From NCBI GenBank assembly GCA_964464035.1, contig CAYXEN010000005.1:2625-66624 (forward strand): a stretch of 64,000 nucleotides of DNA. The letters run 5' to 3'. Below, piece after piece: positions 40,087 through 48,902 of the stretch (within the stretch, counting starts at the first letter, position 1; the number at the start of each line of letters is the position of its first letter). Origin of the DNA: an uncultured bacterium (lineage in GTDB: Bacteria > Krumholzibacteriota > Krumholzibacteriia > WVZY01). The translations under genes and the position numbers were made by a program. The notes below the pieces were generated by a model. It did not search any database. It saw nothing but the letters and a program-made list of their open reading frames with translations, and had not been told where the DNA came from.

Positions 40087-40545
40087 TCACTTGTCTCCGT
40101 ACTTCTTTATTATCGAGTACACTTCTTCCCTGTCGCTGGCCTTGCGGAGCTCTTCCCTGAAGTCCTCGTGGTTGAGAAGCCTCGACACCTTCGCAAGGAG
40201 CTTGATGTGATCCCTCCTGCTTTCCTTGGGACCGAGGATGATGAAGAATAGGTCGACCTTCTTCTCGTCGAGCGCTTCGAAATCCACGCCTTCGCTGGTT
40301 CGGAAGAAGCCGGCCACCAGCCGATCGACGCCGTCCGTGTAGGCGTGGGGAATGGCGACGCCGTGGCCGATCCCGGTGCTCATCACTTTTTCCCGCTCCA
40401 GCAGGTCGGCCATCACGCGATCGAAATCCTGTATCTGGTTCCTCTCATCGAGATTCCGGAGAATCGCTTCGAGCACTTCTTCCTTCGCGCCGGACGGAAG
40501 ATCCAGGACTATGTTGTCTTTGCCGAACAATTCCGAGAGTTTCAT
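40087..40545 (-). CDS. ptsN: PTS EIIA type-2 (PtsN / EIIA-Ntr-like) regulatory protein
   Basis: 152 aa. Phosphorylation-site His in GIGHGVAIPHAYT, overall EIIA-2 fold pattern. No PTS permease lies adjacent, which is consistent with a regulatory EIIA-Ntr. Confidence 0.75.
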   Translation of the reverse strand: MKLSELFGKDNIVLDLPSGAKEEVLEAILRNLDERNQIQDFDRVMADLLEREKVMSTGIGHGVAIPHAYTDGVDRLVAGFFRTSEGVDFEALDEKKVDLFFIILGPKESRRDHIKLLAKVSRLLNHEDFREELRKASDREEVYSIIKKYGDK

Positions 40546-40622
40546 GAGCTTCTTTCCAATAGATTCCCTTGATGCGACAAAGCTTCAAGTTATTACCAAT
40601 TCCCCGCTCAGTCAAGAACATA

Positions 40623-41549
40623 CTAAGGGAAAGCCCGCCGTTCCCCCGCCCGGATGAGTTCTTCCGCTTTTTCCAGCTCTCCCGGCGACAGCCCCCGGAT
40701 GCCGTGGATGCCGTTCGCCTTCAGGAGCTCGACCGTATCCGTGAAGCGGCCCCGGTCGGATTCGCCGAAAAAAGCATCGACGTCACGGAGGGCCTTCGAA
40801 TAGTAATCCCCGTCCCCTGAGGAAACGGCGATCACAACCTCCGGCAGGGCGTCGCTCTCGGCGACGATGCTCACTTCGTCCGCCCGGACTTGCCCCCCGT
40901 CCACCAACCTCCTCAATGAACTCATGGTGCATGCTCCAACGCGGTAACGGCCGAAAAGAACAGCGAAGACCGTTCTTTCCGTGCCGCCGCACGAGGTCCT
41001 CGCAAAATGGAATTTCCCCGAATCCGCCGGGGCCATGAAGCCGCCTTTTTTCAGGATCTCGAGGGGAAGGAGGAAACTGTTGACGGATGAAGGACGACCG
41101 AAGAGGATCTGGTCGGGCCCGAGTTTCGAGAAATCGACCGGGCCGGCGCCGGCCGCCGCCAGTATGACGACCTTCTCCCTCACCGGAGACAGTTTGAACG
41201 TGGCGATGGCCCGGAGCTCGGTTTTGCCGCGCATCTCGAGGAAATCGGCGGTCGATCCTATGAATACGTCGAAATCATCGGGGATCTCGCTTGATACCTT
41301 GAGCACGACCGGACGCTTGGTCACCCTCGCCAACAACCTGCGAAAGGGCTCCCAATCCCTCGTTCCCAAGCATTCGTCTACGTCGAAGCTCACGAAGACT
41401 CTGGTGGCGCCGTGATCGAGGAGACCGCCGCCTCCGAAGAGTGCGCTCAGGGTCAGCCCCAGGACGATAACGGTCACCAGCCACGTAAGGGATCTGCCCA
41501 TGTAGGAGGACAGGATGTTGATGTCTATCAACTTTACCTTGTTCTTCAT
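40623..41549 (-). CDS. Membrane-anchored PhnD/SsuA-like periplasmic-binding-domain protein (hypothetical)
   Basis: N-terminal TM anchor. Loose PhnD-type pattern …FGRPSSVNSFLLPLEILKKGG…ARTSCGGTERTVFAVLFGRYRVGA…. Assignment by pattern only. Confidence 0.4.
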   Translation of the reverse strand: MKNKVKLIDINILSSYMGRSLTWLVTVIVLGLTLSALFGGGGLLDHGATRVFVSFDVDECLGTRDWEPFRRLLARVTKRPVVLKVSSEIPDDFDVFIGSTADFLEMRGKTELRAIATFKLSPVREKVVILAAAGAGPVDFSKLGPDQILFGRPSSVNSFLLPLEILKKGGFMAPADSGKFHFARTSCGGTERTVFAVLFGRYRVGACTMSSLRRLVDGGQVRADEVSIVAESDALPEVVIAVSSGDGDYYSKALRDVDAFFGESDRGRFTDTVELLKANGIHGIRGLSPGELEKAEELIRAGERRAFP

Positions 41550-42505
41550 TTGGGAATGCCGCTCTTCTTCGCCTTCGGCACCGTTATCTCGACTGCTATG
41601 CTGTCCACGCTCAACTTGAACTTCTCGATGCCGTCGGGAACGATTACCTCCGGCGCCGCCTTGTACTTTCCGGGTTTCTTTCCGCTGAGGTCTATCAGCA
41701 CAGAGACGTCACGCGAAGTCAGAGTGTCGAGCACGGCCTTCGGGCCTTCGAGCATCAACGAAACGGTCTTGGGGTCGACTTCCGCCGTCAAAGGGCCCTT
41801 GTCCACGAGGATAGTGGGGGGGATGTTGGCAAGAGTTCGGGAAGCCCTGGGGCTCACGGAAAAGACGACCTTCACTCTATCCGGGCTGCAAGTGAACAAG
41901 TTCCGATCGAACTCCAGCTCAAGCTCCCTCTCCGTGGATTCCTTGATCTTGCCCAGATCGAGGGACTTCGTGGGCATGTTCTTGAGGTGCTTTACATAGC
42001 TCTCCGCTCCCGTCACTTCGATCCTCCTCGGGGTCACCTCGGGAGCGCCGAGGAGCACGTAGCCTTCGGGAATGCTTCCCGCGAGAGTGAGTCCCACGGG
42101 AACACTCTTGGTCACCTTGCGCTCGAAATAGAGATCTATCGAGGCCGGCGAGATTATGCGCACGTTGTACGGCCTCACGCCCGAGGGAAGCACGACGTTC
42201 GACGCGGAGAGCGTCTGGCGGTAGTGCCCGGACGTGGCTCCGGCAAGGCTCACGGACACGAATCCCTTCCTGAAACCCATGTAGAGGATCTGTCTCTTGG
42301 AGGCGGTTATGCTCGTCTTCACATCCGAGGGAAGATTCCCTATCACCGTCAACGAATCCGGTATGCCCTCCAGTTGAACGGGAAGGGTGAAGAGCCTCGT
42401 CATCTCTTCCTGGCTGCTCACGTTGAACCATATGAAAAGGGCAACGATGAGCGCCAGCACCTTGATGCCCAGGTTTTCGGTGAAAGCTTTTCTTATCTTC
42501 ATCAC
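41546..42505 (-). CDS. YbbR-like repeat protein (CdaR-type)
   Basis: N-terminal TM helix followed by repeated ~80-aa YbbR-like beta modules (…VPVQLEGIPDSLTV…, …VPVGLTLAGSIPEGYVL…). 4-nt overlaps on both sides. Confidence 0.65.
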   Translation of the reverse strand: MMKIRKAFTENLGIKVLALIVALFIWFNVSSQEEMTRLFTLPVQLEGIPDSLTVIGNLPSDVKTSITASKRQILYMGFRKGFVSVSLAGATSGHYRQTLSASNVVLPSGVRPYNVRIISPASIDLYFERKVTKSVPVGLTLAGSIPEGYVLLGAPEVTPRRIEVTGAESYVKHLKNMPTKSLDLGKIKESTERELELEFDRNLFTCSPDRVKVVFSVSPRASRTLANIPPTILVDKGPLTAEVDPKTVSLMLEGPKAVLDTLTSRDVSVLIDLSGKKPGKYKAAPEVIVPDGIEKFKLSVDSIAVEITVPKAKKSGIPK

Positions 42506-43794
42506 TTGCTTTCCAATATGAGGATCTCCTGACCGACTCGAAGGTTGCTGCTCCTGCCCAACTTGTTCACCCTGCGAAGACTGGCTACGCTGGTCCCGTA
42601 CTTGCGCGATATCTCCCAGAGCGTATCACCCTTTTTCACCCGATGCACGATTACTTTGTTCCGCTTGCTGCGAGGCGGCGGATAGTTGGCGAAGAAAGCC
42701 TGGATCCCGTCGGCGAGCGAGATGGCCAGCCTATCGCGTCCTTTCCGTGATCGCAGTATCCTCGCGTCGTATATGTTCGAAAGGAATCCGACTTCGACTA
42801 TGACCGAGGGCATCGATATGGTCTTCAATACGGCGAACGAGCGCTGCTTTATGCCCCGCGTGGGGGGCAGCCCCTTCTTGCGCAGCGACTTCAAGATCGA
42901 TTCGGCGAGAAGCGAGCTTCTGAGCATCATGGTCTGCTGGTTGACGTCGAGCAGCATGTAGAGAAGATCCTCGTTGCGGCTCTTGGCCAATCCCAGCTCG
43001 CGCGCTGCCTTCTTCTTGTTGGAGAGGATCTTGGAGGCGGTGGCCGCCGCTCCGGACGGTGAGAGGAAAAACACCTCGACTCCCCTGGCGCTCCTCCTCT
43101 TGGCCGAGTTGAGGTGGATGCTGACGAAAGCGTCGGCCGAGCTGGCCTTCGCGATCTCGGTGCGTTTCTCCAGGGAAAGGAAGGTGTCGTTGCGGCGAGT
43201 GAGAACAGCCTTGTATCCTCCGAGCGAATTCAGAGTGGAGACGAGACGGCGGGCTATGTCGAGGGCGACTTCCTTCTCCACGAGATGATACCTGCCGGTG
43301 GCCCCGGGATCGAAGCCTCCGTGACCCGCGTCGATCGCTACGATTATCGGCCTCTTCGCTTCGGCCTCTTCGTGCGACGCACCGTCTCTCCATACGTCCA
43401 CCACGATCCTGTCGGGTTTCTCCTTCGTTCGGCTGAGCCGAAAATGCTTCCAGGAAGCCCCCGAGCGCAGATCCAGAACCACCTGCGTGCCCCAGGAGAG
43501 TCGGTTCACCCTTATTCCCTTCACCACGCCGCGAGCGACCTTGCGGGGCTTGGCGGCGCCCGAGTGGATCTTCACGCCCCTCAGGTTGATCGCCAATCGC
43601 TCGGGGTTGTGAAAAGGTTTGATCTCGTAGGAGAGTTTAGAGGCGCAGTCGAGAACCACCCTCGTGCGGTCTTTCCGGACCGAGTAGCGCACCCGCTCCA
43701 CGCGAAGCCGCGCAGCGGCCGACGCCGCGGAGAAAGCAAAGAGCAGGATCAGCAAGGCCGATCCCGCCGTCGCCGCCCTTCTACAACTCGACAT
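42502..43794 (-). CDS. N-acetylmuramoyl-L-alanine amidase (Amidase_3, AmiC-like) with N-terminal AMIN and C-terminal LysM domain
   Basis: Catalytic region IIVAIDAGHGGFDPGA…ADAFVSIHLNS. N-terminal AMIN-like beta domain. C-terminal LysM VHRVKKGDTLWEISRKYGTSVASLRRVNKLGRSSNLRVGQEILI. Confidence 0.85.
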   Translation of the reverse strand: MSSCRRAATAGSALLILLFAFSAASAAARLRVERVRYSVRKDRTRVVLDCASKLSYEIKPFHNPERLAINLRGVKIHSGAAKPRKVARGVVKGIRVNRLSWGTQVVLDLRSGASWKHFRLSRTKEKPDRIVVDVWRDGASHEEAEAKRPIIVAIDAGHGGFDPGATGRYHLVEKEVALDIARRLVSTLNSLGGYKAVLTRRNDTFLSLEKRTEIAKASSADAFVSIHLNSAKRRSARGVEVFFLSPSGAAATASKILSNKKKAARELGLAKSRNEDLLYMLLDVNQQTMMLRSSLLAESILKSLRKKGLPPTRGIKQRSFAVLKTISMPSVIVEVGFLSNIYDARILRSRKGRDRLAISLADGIQAFFANYPPPRSKRNKVIVHRVKKGDTLWEISRKYGTSVASLRRVNKLGRSSNLRVGQEILILESK

Positions 43795-44221
43795 CTTCGA
43801 TCTCCTCGTCGGAATACACTCTCACGCCCATGGCCATCAGCTTCTCGGCCGCAACACCGCACCCCCGCCCGCGCCCTCGTGGAGTGTGTATCTCGCGCAC
43901 TCCACAAGAAGGACTCCCCTCCTTGAGAACGGCATGAGTGACCCCGTTTTCCCGGGCCGCCGCAGCGAGGAGGAGGGCGCCTCTTTCGAAGAAACACGTC
44001 ACGTCCCTGCCGTCCCCGGTGATTACCCTCCGCGCACCGCCTTCGAAGCTTATCGCCGCCGGTTCCCTGGGCGTCGGGAGGCCTCCGAGCTCCTCCGGGC
44101 AGGCCGGCAATCCCCCGTATTCAAGATAGAGGTCCTCGACCCGTTCGTTCTTGGAGCTCGTGCCGTCATAACGGCACTCGATCCCGAGAAGGCAGGCGCT
44201 GAAAAGAAAGATCTTTTTCAT
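43781..44221 (-). CDS. DUF523 family protein (TudS-like [4Fe-4S] desulfidase family)
   Basis: MKKIFLFSACLLGIECRYDG…EGSPSCG. The conserved Cys pattern is typical of DUF523. Confidence 0.65.
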   Translation of the reverse strand: MKKIFLFSACLLGIECRYDGTSSKNERVEDLYLEYGGLPACPEELGGLPTPREPAAISFEGGARRVITGDGRDVTCFFERGALLLAAAARENGVTHAVLKEGSPSCGVREIHTPRGRGRGCGVAAEKLMAMGVRVYSDEEIEDVEL

Positions 44222-44297
44222 GGTTTTCCATGTTCATCGGACCCGGGAAACAAAAATAGACCAGCGGGAAAATCTTTGGCAAGCGAAAAGGGGGATT

Positions 44298-45227
44298 CTA
44301 TTCGGTTATTTCCTTCTCGGGAAGGACGTAGGCGAGAGGATTGACGGGAGTTCCGTCGTGAAGTACTTCGTAATGGAGGTGGGCGGCCGTAGATTTGCCC
44401 GTCGATCCCACGCGGGCTATGATGTCGCCCCTCTTCACCCTTTGGCCCTTCTTGACGAGAATCTTGGAGACGTGGGCGTAGCGGGTCACGAAACCGAAGC
44501 CGTGAGAGATCTCGACCAGGTTGCCGAAACTCGACCAGCGCCTCGCATAAGTGACTACCCCGTCCGCCGTAGCGAATATCGGGGCCCCGAGCCTCACCGA
44601 GTAGTCCACGCCGCGGTGCACCGAGAGCCTGCCCGTGAAAGGATCCATCCGCCGCCCGAACCTGCTGGATATGAATCCGTGGGCTATCGGCTTTATTGAC
44701 GGCGTCGAGTTCAAGAGTTCGGTGCGATGGGAGAGAGTGGATATGATCTCCTCGTAGCTGTCCTTCTGGAGCTTGGTCTGGCGCAGGAGTTTGTCCAGGT
44801 CATCGGCCAGGGAGCTTATCTTCTTGCGTGAATCCTTGTCGACAACGGCCAATGATCTCACGTATGCGAACTTCGGACCGCCGACGCCGACTTCACTCAC
44901 GTCATCGCCGAGCTCGTCGAGATTGGCGAGCAAACGGGCTTTCTTCTGGAAATCGAAGTTCTCGAGAACCTGGTTCTTGAGCGTGGCGACCTCGGCGGAG
45001 AGCTCATCCAGGTTTTTCTTGAGCACCTCGTTCTCCTTGAGGACCTTGGCCAGTTTGTACGTCTCTCGCATCTGCCTGGAGTACTTGGTGAAAAAGAACG
45101 CCGCAGCGAAAAACAAGGTGAGCACGAAAGCAGCGACGAGATAAATATAGATGCGTTTTATTCTGAGAGTCTTTACTGCGGAATTGGACTCCGGCACGTA
45201 GAGGAATGTATATGTCTTGCCCTTCAT
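44298..45227 (-). CDS. M23 family metallopeptidase with N-terminal TM and coiled-coil (EnvC/LytM-like)
   Basis: M23 motifs …HRGVDYS…, …HLHYEV…. N-terminal TM anchor and long coiled-coil. Confidence 0.85.
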   Translation of the reverse strand: MKGKTYTFLYVPESNSAVKTLRIKRIYIYLVAAFVLTLFFAAAFFFTKYSRQMRETYKLAKVLKENEVLKKNLDELSAEVATLKNQVLENFDFQKKARLLANLDELGDDVSEVGVGGPKFAYVRSLAVVDKDSRKKISSLADDLDKLLRQTKLQKDSYEEIISTLSHRTELLNSTPSIKPIAHGFISSRFGRRMDPFTGRLSVHRGVDYSVRLGAPIFATADGVVTYARRWSSFGNLVEISHGFGFVTRYAHVSKILVKKGQRVKRGDIIARVGSTGKSTAAHLHYEVLHDGTPVNPLAYVLPEKEITE

Positions 45228-45345
45228 CGCGGTTCTCCGTCGCTACCGATTGTTTCCTTAAATTGAAGGAAGGCTAAGCAAGCCTTCCGTTCGTGTCAAG
45301 ATAATTCTGATGCTAAACAGCAATTACTATGCCAGATAGAAGAAC

Positions 45346-45372
45346 GCTGCCGCCCCGCTCGAGGGCGGCAGC
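45346..45372 (-). terminator. Probable intrinsic terminator downstream of the sigma-70 factor gene
   Basis: The minus strand reads GCTGCCGCCC-TCGAGCG-GGGCGGCAGC (10-bp perfect GC-rich stem) followed by GTTCTTCTATCT, about 45 nt after the stop at 45416. Confidence 0.45.
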
Positions 45373-45415
45373 AACTTTCATGATTCGGATGAGATCGACC
45401 CGACCGACGATTGAC

Positions 45416-46303
45416 TCAGTTCTCGATGTAGCCCTTGAGATACTTGGCCCGCGACGAGTGGCGGAGTCGTTGAATCGCCTTCTCCTTTATCTGGCGAATC
45501 CTCTCCCTGGTGAGTTTGAGTTTCTTGCCGATTTCCTCGAGGGTCATCGGCTCCTCGCCGTTCAAGCCGAAGTAGAGGGAGAGAATCACCCGCTCCCTCT
45601 CGGTCAACGTGTTGAGAGCCTTCTCCATGTCCTCGCTCAAGGCGTGATCGTAAGTCCGTTCGTCAGGCATCTCGGCGTTCTCGTCGGTGAGGTAGTCGAC
45701 CAGCGCGTTGTCGTCCTGATCGCTGGAGTAGGGATCATCCAAAGACACGTGCGTGTTGGCTATATGCATCGTATCCTCGACTTCCTCCTCTGACAGCTTG
45801 AGCCTCTTGGCTATCTCCTTGGCGTTGGGCGCCCGACCGAGTTCCTGATCCAGCTGCCGGGAAGCCTTGCCGATTCGATACAGCGTTCCGGCCCGGTTGA
45901 GCGGAAGCCTCACGATCCTCGAGTGCTCGGCCAGCGATTGGAGCATGGCTTGCCTGATCCACCACACTGCATAGGATATGAACTTGTAACCGCGCTTCTC
46001 GTCGAAACGATGCGCTGCCTTGATCAACCCGAGATTGCCGTCGTTGATGAGATCCTCGAGGGAGAGACCCTGGTTGGCGTACTGCTTCGCTATCGAGACG
46101 ACGAAACGCAGGTTCGCCTTGACCAGCTTGTCCAGCGCCTGCTTGTCGCCCTTGTGGATCTTCCGCGCGAGTTCTCTCTCCTCCTCGCGCGTGAGAAGCG
46201 GCGTTTTGTTGATCTCATGGAGGTAGAGATCCAGGCTGCGATTGCCGGAAAACTCGCTCCTTGCTCTCGGCTTTTTCTCTTCTTTTTTGTCTTCGTCTAT
46301 CAT
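45416..46303 (-). CDS. RNA polymerase sigma-70 family factor (group 1/2, short RpoD-like)
   Basis: 295 aa. Region 2 …[56 protein letters not shown]…, region 3, region 4 HTH …[37 protein letters not shown] upstream of the ATG. Confidence 0.85.
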   Translation of the reverse strand: MIDEDKKEEKKPRARSEFSGNRSLDLYLHEINKTPLLTREEERELARKIHKGDKQALDKLVKANLRFVVSIAKQYANQGLSLEDLINDGNLGLIKAAHRFDEKRGYKFISYAVWWIRQAMLQSLAEHSRIVRLPLNRAGTLYRIGKASRQLDQELGRAPNAKEIAKRLKLSEEEVEDTMHIANTHVSLDDPYSSDQDDNALVDYLTDENAEMPDERTYDHALSEDMEKALNTLTERERVILSLYFGLNGEEPMTLEEIGKKLKLTRERIRQIKEKAIQRLRHSSRAKYLKGYIEN

Positions 46304-46361
46304 CTTTCTTCCTTTCGCGGCGTTCCCCTACTATACTTATCGGCCTTGCCCGAAACCGGAT

Positions 46362-47831
46362 TTAATCTTTTTCCGGGATGACCGGTATATACTTCGAGAA
46401 TCCCTTCCTCTTTATGAGAAACGCAATGGGATCCTTGCGATTCTTCAACTTCTCGGCTATCAAGTTGTAATCCTTCATGTTAGAGACTTTGTGCGAGTAG
46501 ACCTCCGTGATCACGTCGCCGGGGCGTATGCCGGCCTCGCCCGCCGGGCTGTCCTTATCGACGTCTACGGCCACCACCCCTTCGTGGACCTTCTTCAAGT
46601 TGAAATGCTGCCTCACTTCAGGGGAATCTATGTCTCTCACGTGAATCCCCAGCCAGGCCTTTCCCTTGGGCTTGACGGCGGCCACTGTCGGTTCTTCGGG
46701 TCTCTCCATTATCCTTATGCTGAGTTTCTTTTTCTTGTTCTTTCTCAATACCACGATCGGCACCTTGGAACCGACGGGCGTGTTGGCGACCATTATGCGG
46801 AACTTCTGGAGTTCCTTCACCGGCTTGCCGTTGAACTCGATGATCACATCCTTGCTCTTCAGCCCGGCTTCCTCGGCCGGGGTTCCCGGGAGCACTTCTT
46901 TCACCATTACGCCCCGGTCCACCTTCAAGCCCAGCCCCTCGGCGAGCGTCTTGTCCAGAGGGAGGAGAATGATGCCTATGTACCCGTATTGCACCCTCCC
47001 CTTCTCAATCAACTGGTTCATCACACCCTTGACCATGTTGATGGGAATCGCGAAACCGATTCCCTGGCCCGAAGGATTGATCGCCGCGTTGATGCCTATC
47101 GCTTCCCCCCTGATATTGACGAGGGGACCACCGCTGTTGCCGAAGTTGATCGATGCATCGGTCTGTATGAAATTCTGGTAATCCGGTCCGCCACCGGCGA
47201 TCCTGAGGTCGGATCGCCCCTTGGCGCTCACTATCCCCACCGTCGCGGTTCCGGCGAGCTGGCCGAATGGAGTTCCGATGGCCATGACCCAATCACCTAC
47301 TTTGCATTCGTCCGAATCCCCGAGTTTCACTACGGGAAGATCCAGGTCGGTGTCTATCTTTATTATGGCGATGTCGGTATGCTTGTCGTAGCCGACGATT
47401 TCCGCCTCGAACTCTTTCTCATCCAGTTCATCCCCCAATACTACAGTGATCTTCTCGGTCCCTTCTATTACATGGTAATTGGTGAGAATCCGCCCTTTCT
47501 TGTCTATTATGAAACCGGATCCTCCGCCCGGGATCTTGTAATGCCGCTCGTCATTGGGTATGAAATCCCTGAAAAACTCGAACGGCCCGAAAAACTCCCT
47601 GCCGCTTCCGCTATCTATTGATTTTTCAGTTTTAATATACACCACGGCGGGCCTCACCTTCTCTGCTACAACAGAGAAGATCGAATGAAAGTTCCCCTGG
47701 TCGAGGATCTTGTCCTGGGAATCGGCGGGTGAAGCGGCCGAATCGGTCCACAGATCCACGCGCGTACCCAGGAAAAATCCGAAAACCAGGATTCCAGCCG
47801 CAATTATCAGTGTTCTCCTACCGATACTCAT
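46362..47831 (-). CDS. degP: Periplasmic serine endoprotease DegP/HtrA (trypsin-like plus 2 PDZ)
   Basis: Track start is TTG 47849. ATG 47831 (MSIGRRTLIIAAGILVF) after GGGAGGAAAG is preferred. Catalytic triad context …TNYHVIEG…DIAIIKID…GNSGGPL…. Two PDZ domains. Confidence 0.9.
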   Translation of the reverse strand: MSIGRRTLIIAAGILVFGFFLGTRVDLWTDSAASPADSQDKILDQGNFHSIFSVVAEKVRPAVVYIKTEKSIDSGSGREFFGPFEFFRDFIPNDERHYKIPGGGSGFIIDKKGRILTNYHVIEGTEKITVVLGDELDEKEFEAEIVGYDKHTDIAIIKIDTDLDLPVVKLGDSDECKVGDWVMAIGTPFGQLAGTATVGIVSAKGRSDLRIAGGGPDYQNFIQTDASINFGNSGGPLVNIRGEAIGINAAINPSGQGIGFAIPINMVKGVMNQLIEKGRVQYGYIGIILLPLDKTLAEGLGLKVDRGVMVKEVLPGTPAEEAGLKSKDVIIEFNGKPVKELQKFRIMVANTPVGSKVPIVVLRKNKKKKLSIRIMERPEEPTVAAVKPKGKAWLGIHVRDIDSPEVRQHFNLKKVHEGVVAVDVDKDSPAGEAGIRPGDVITEVYSHKVSNMKDYNLIAEKLKNRKDPIAFLIKRKGFSKYIPVIPEKD

Positions 47832-48152
47832 TTCTTTCCTCCCGTGCAAACCCCGCCGGGCAAAAGACGTAACTCAGTGCCTCTTGCGAGCTTGAACGTC
47901 ACGCACTCTTATCTACTGATACACCTTGGGGGAGGGATCAATACAGAAGGTTTCGAAGATACGTTTTGTCCTACATAGTTTACCCCGAGGCGCAGGGGGT
48001 GTCAAGCCCATAAATCGTCCCGCCCGGCGGAATCCAATAAATTTTCTTGATCTCACGCGCCCCTTAACCGATAGTCTCATAATCCCGCGAAGAGTCTCGC
48101 GAGGTTCTGTGTCTTATACACCTGATTTTCTTCCCGGTTCCCTGCTTGGGCG

Positions 48153-48902
48153 ATGCTAAGAGACAAGAAACACATAACTTTCGTATCCGACACCCATTTC
48201 AAGGACCGCCGCACCGATGACGAGAACCGGAGGCGGGCGTCTTTTCTCGAGTTCCTCGATCGCATCCCCGAAGGCGGCGCTCTGTTTCTGCTCGGAGACA
48301 TATTCGACTTCTATTTCGAATTCAGGAGCTCCGTGTACAAGAACTACTTCGACATATTCGACGGCATCTACCGGGTGGGGCGCCGCGGAGTCGAAATCCA
48401 CTTCATCGGCGGCAACCACGACAGCTGGACCGGGTCGTTCATATCGAGCGAGCTGGGGGCCGAAGTCCATAGAGAGGAAGCTCTTTTCGAAGCGCAGGGG
48501 CGCAGGCTGCTCTGCGCGCACGGGGATCTGCACCTCCCCGGGGATTTCGGTTACAAGGCTTTGAAGAGCGTGATCAGGAATCCCTTCGTGGTGCAGGTCG
48601 CCGGGCTCGTCCATCCAGATCTGCTCGCCGCTCTCGCCAGGGGGGTATCCAAGGGGAGCAAGAAGGTGACGCGTGTGATCCAGCGTCCGCTGGCCGAGAA
48701 ACTGTCGCGCATCGCCTTCGACACCTACTTCGGCTCGGAGAACGACGTGTTCATCATGGGTCACGTCCATTTCCCGATACACGTCGAGAAAGACGGAAAA
48801 GACTTCGTCATACTGGGGGATTGGCTGGAGCACTACTCCTACGCCGTGCTCGAAGGCGGTCGAATCGAGATCAAGAAGTTCACAGACCGAAAGCAAGACT
48901 GA
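48153..48902 (+). CDS. lpxH: UDP-2,3-diacylglucosamine hydrolase-like calcineurin-type phosphoesterase
   Basis: 249 aa. Metallophosphoesterase motifs FVSDTHF…GDIFD…GNHD…HGD…GHVH; overall LpxH-like layout. No obvious SD. Confidence 0.7.
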   Translation: MLRDKKHITFVSDTHFKDRRTDDENRRRASFLEFLDRIPEGGALFLLGDIFDFYFEFRSSVYKNYFDIFDGIYRVGRRGVEIHFIGGNHDSWTGSFISSELGAEVHREEALFEAQGRRLLCAHGDLHLPGDFGYKALKSVIRNPFVVQVAGLVHPDLLAALARGVSKGSKKVTRVIQRPLAEKLSRIAFDTYFGSENDVFIMGHVHFPIHVEKDGKDFVILGDWLEHYSYAVLEGGRIEIKKFTDRKQD

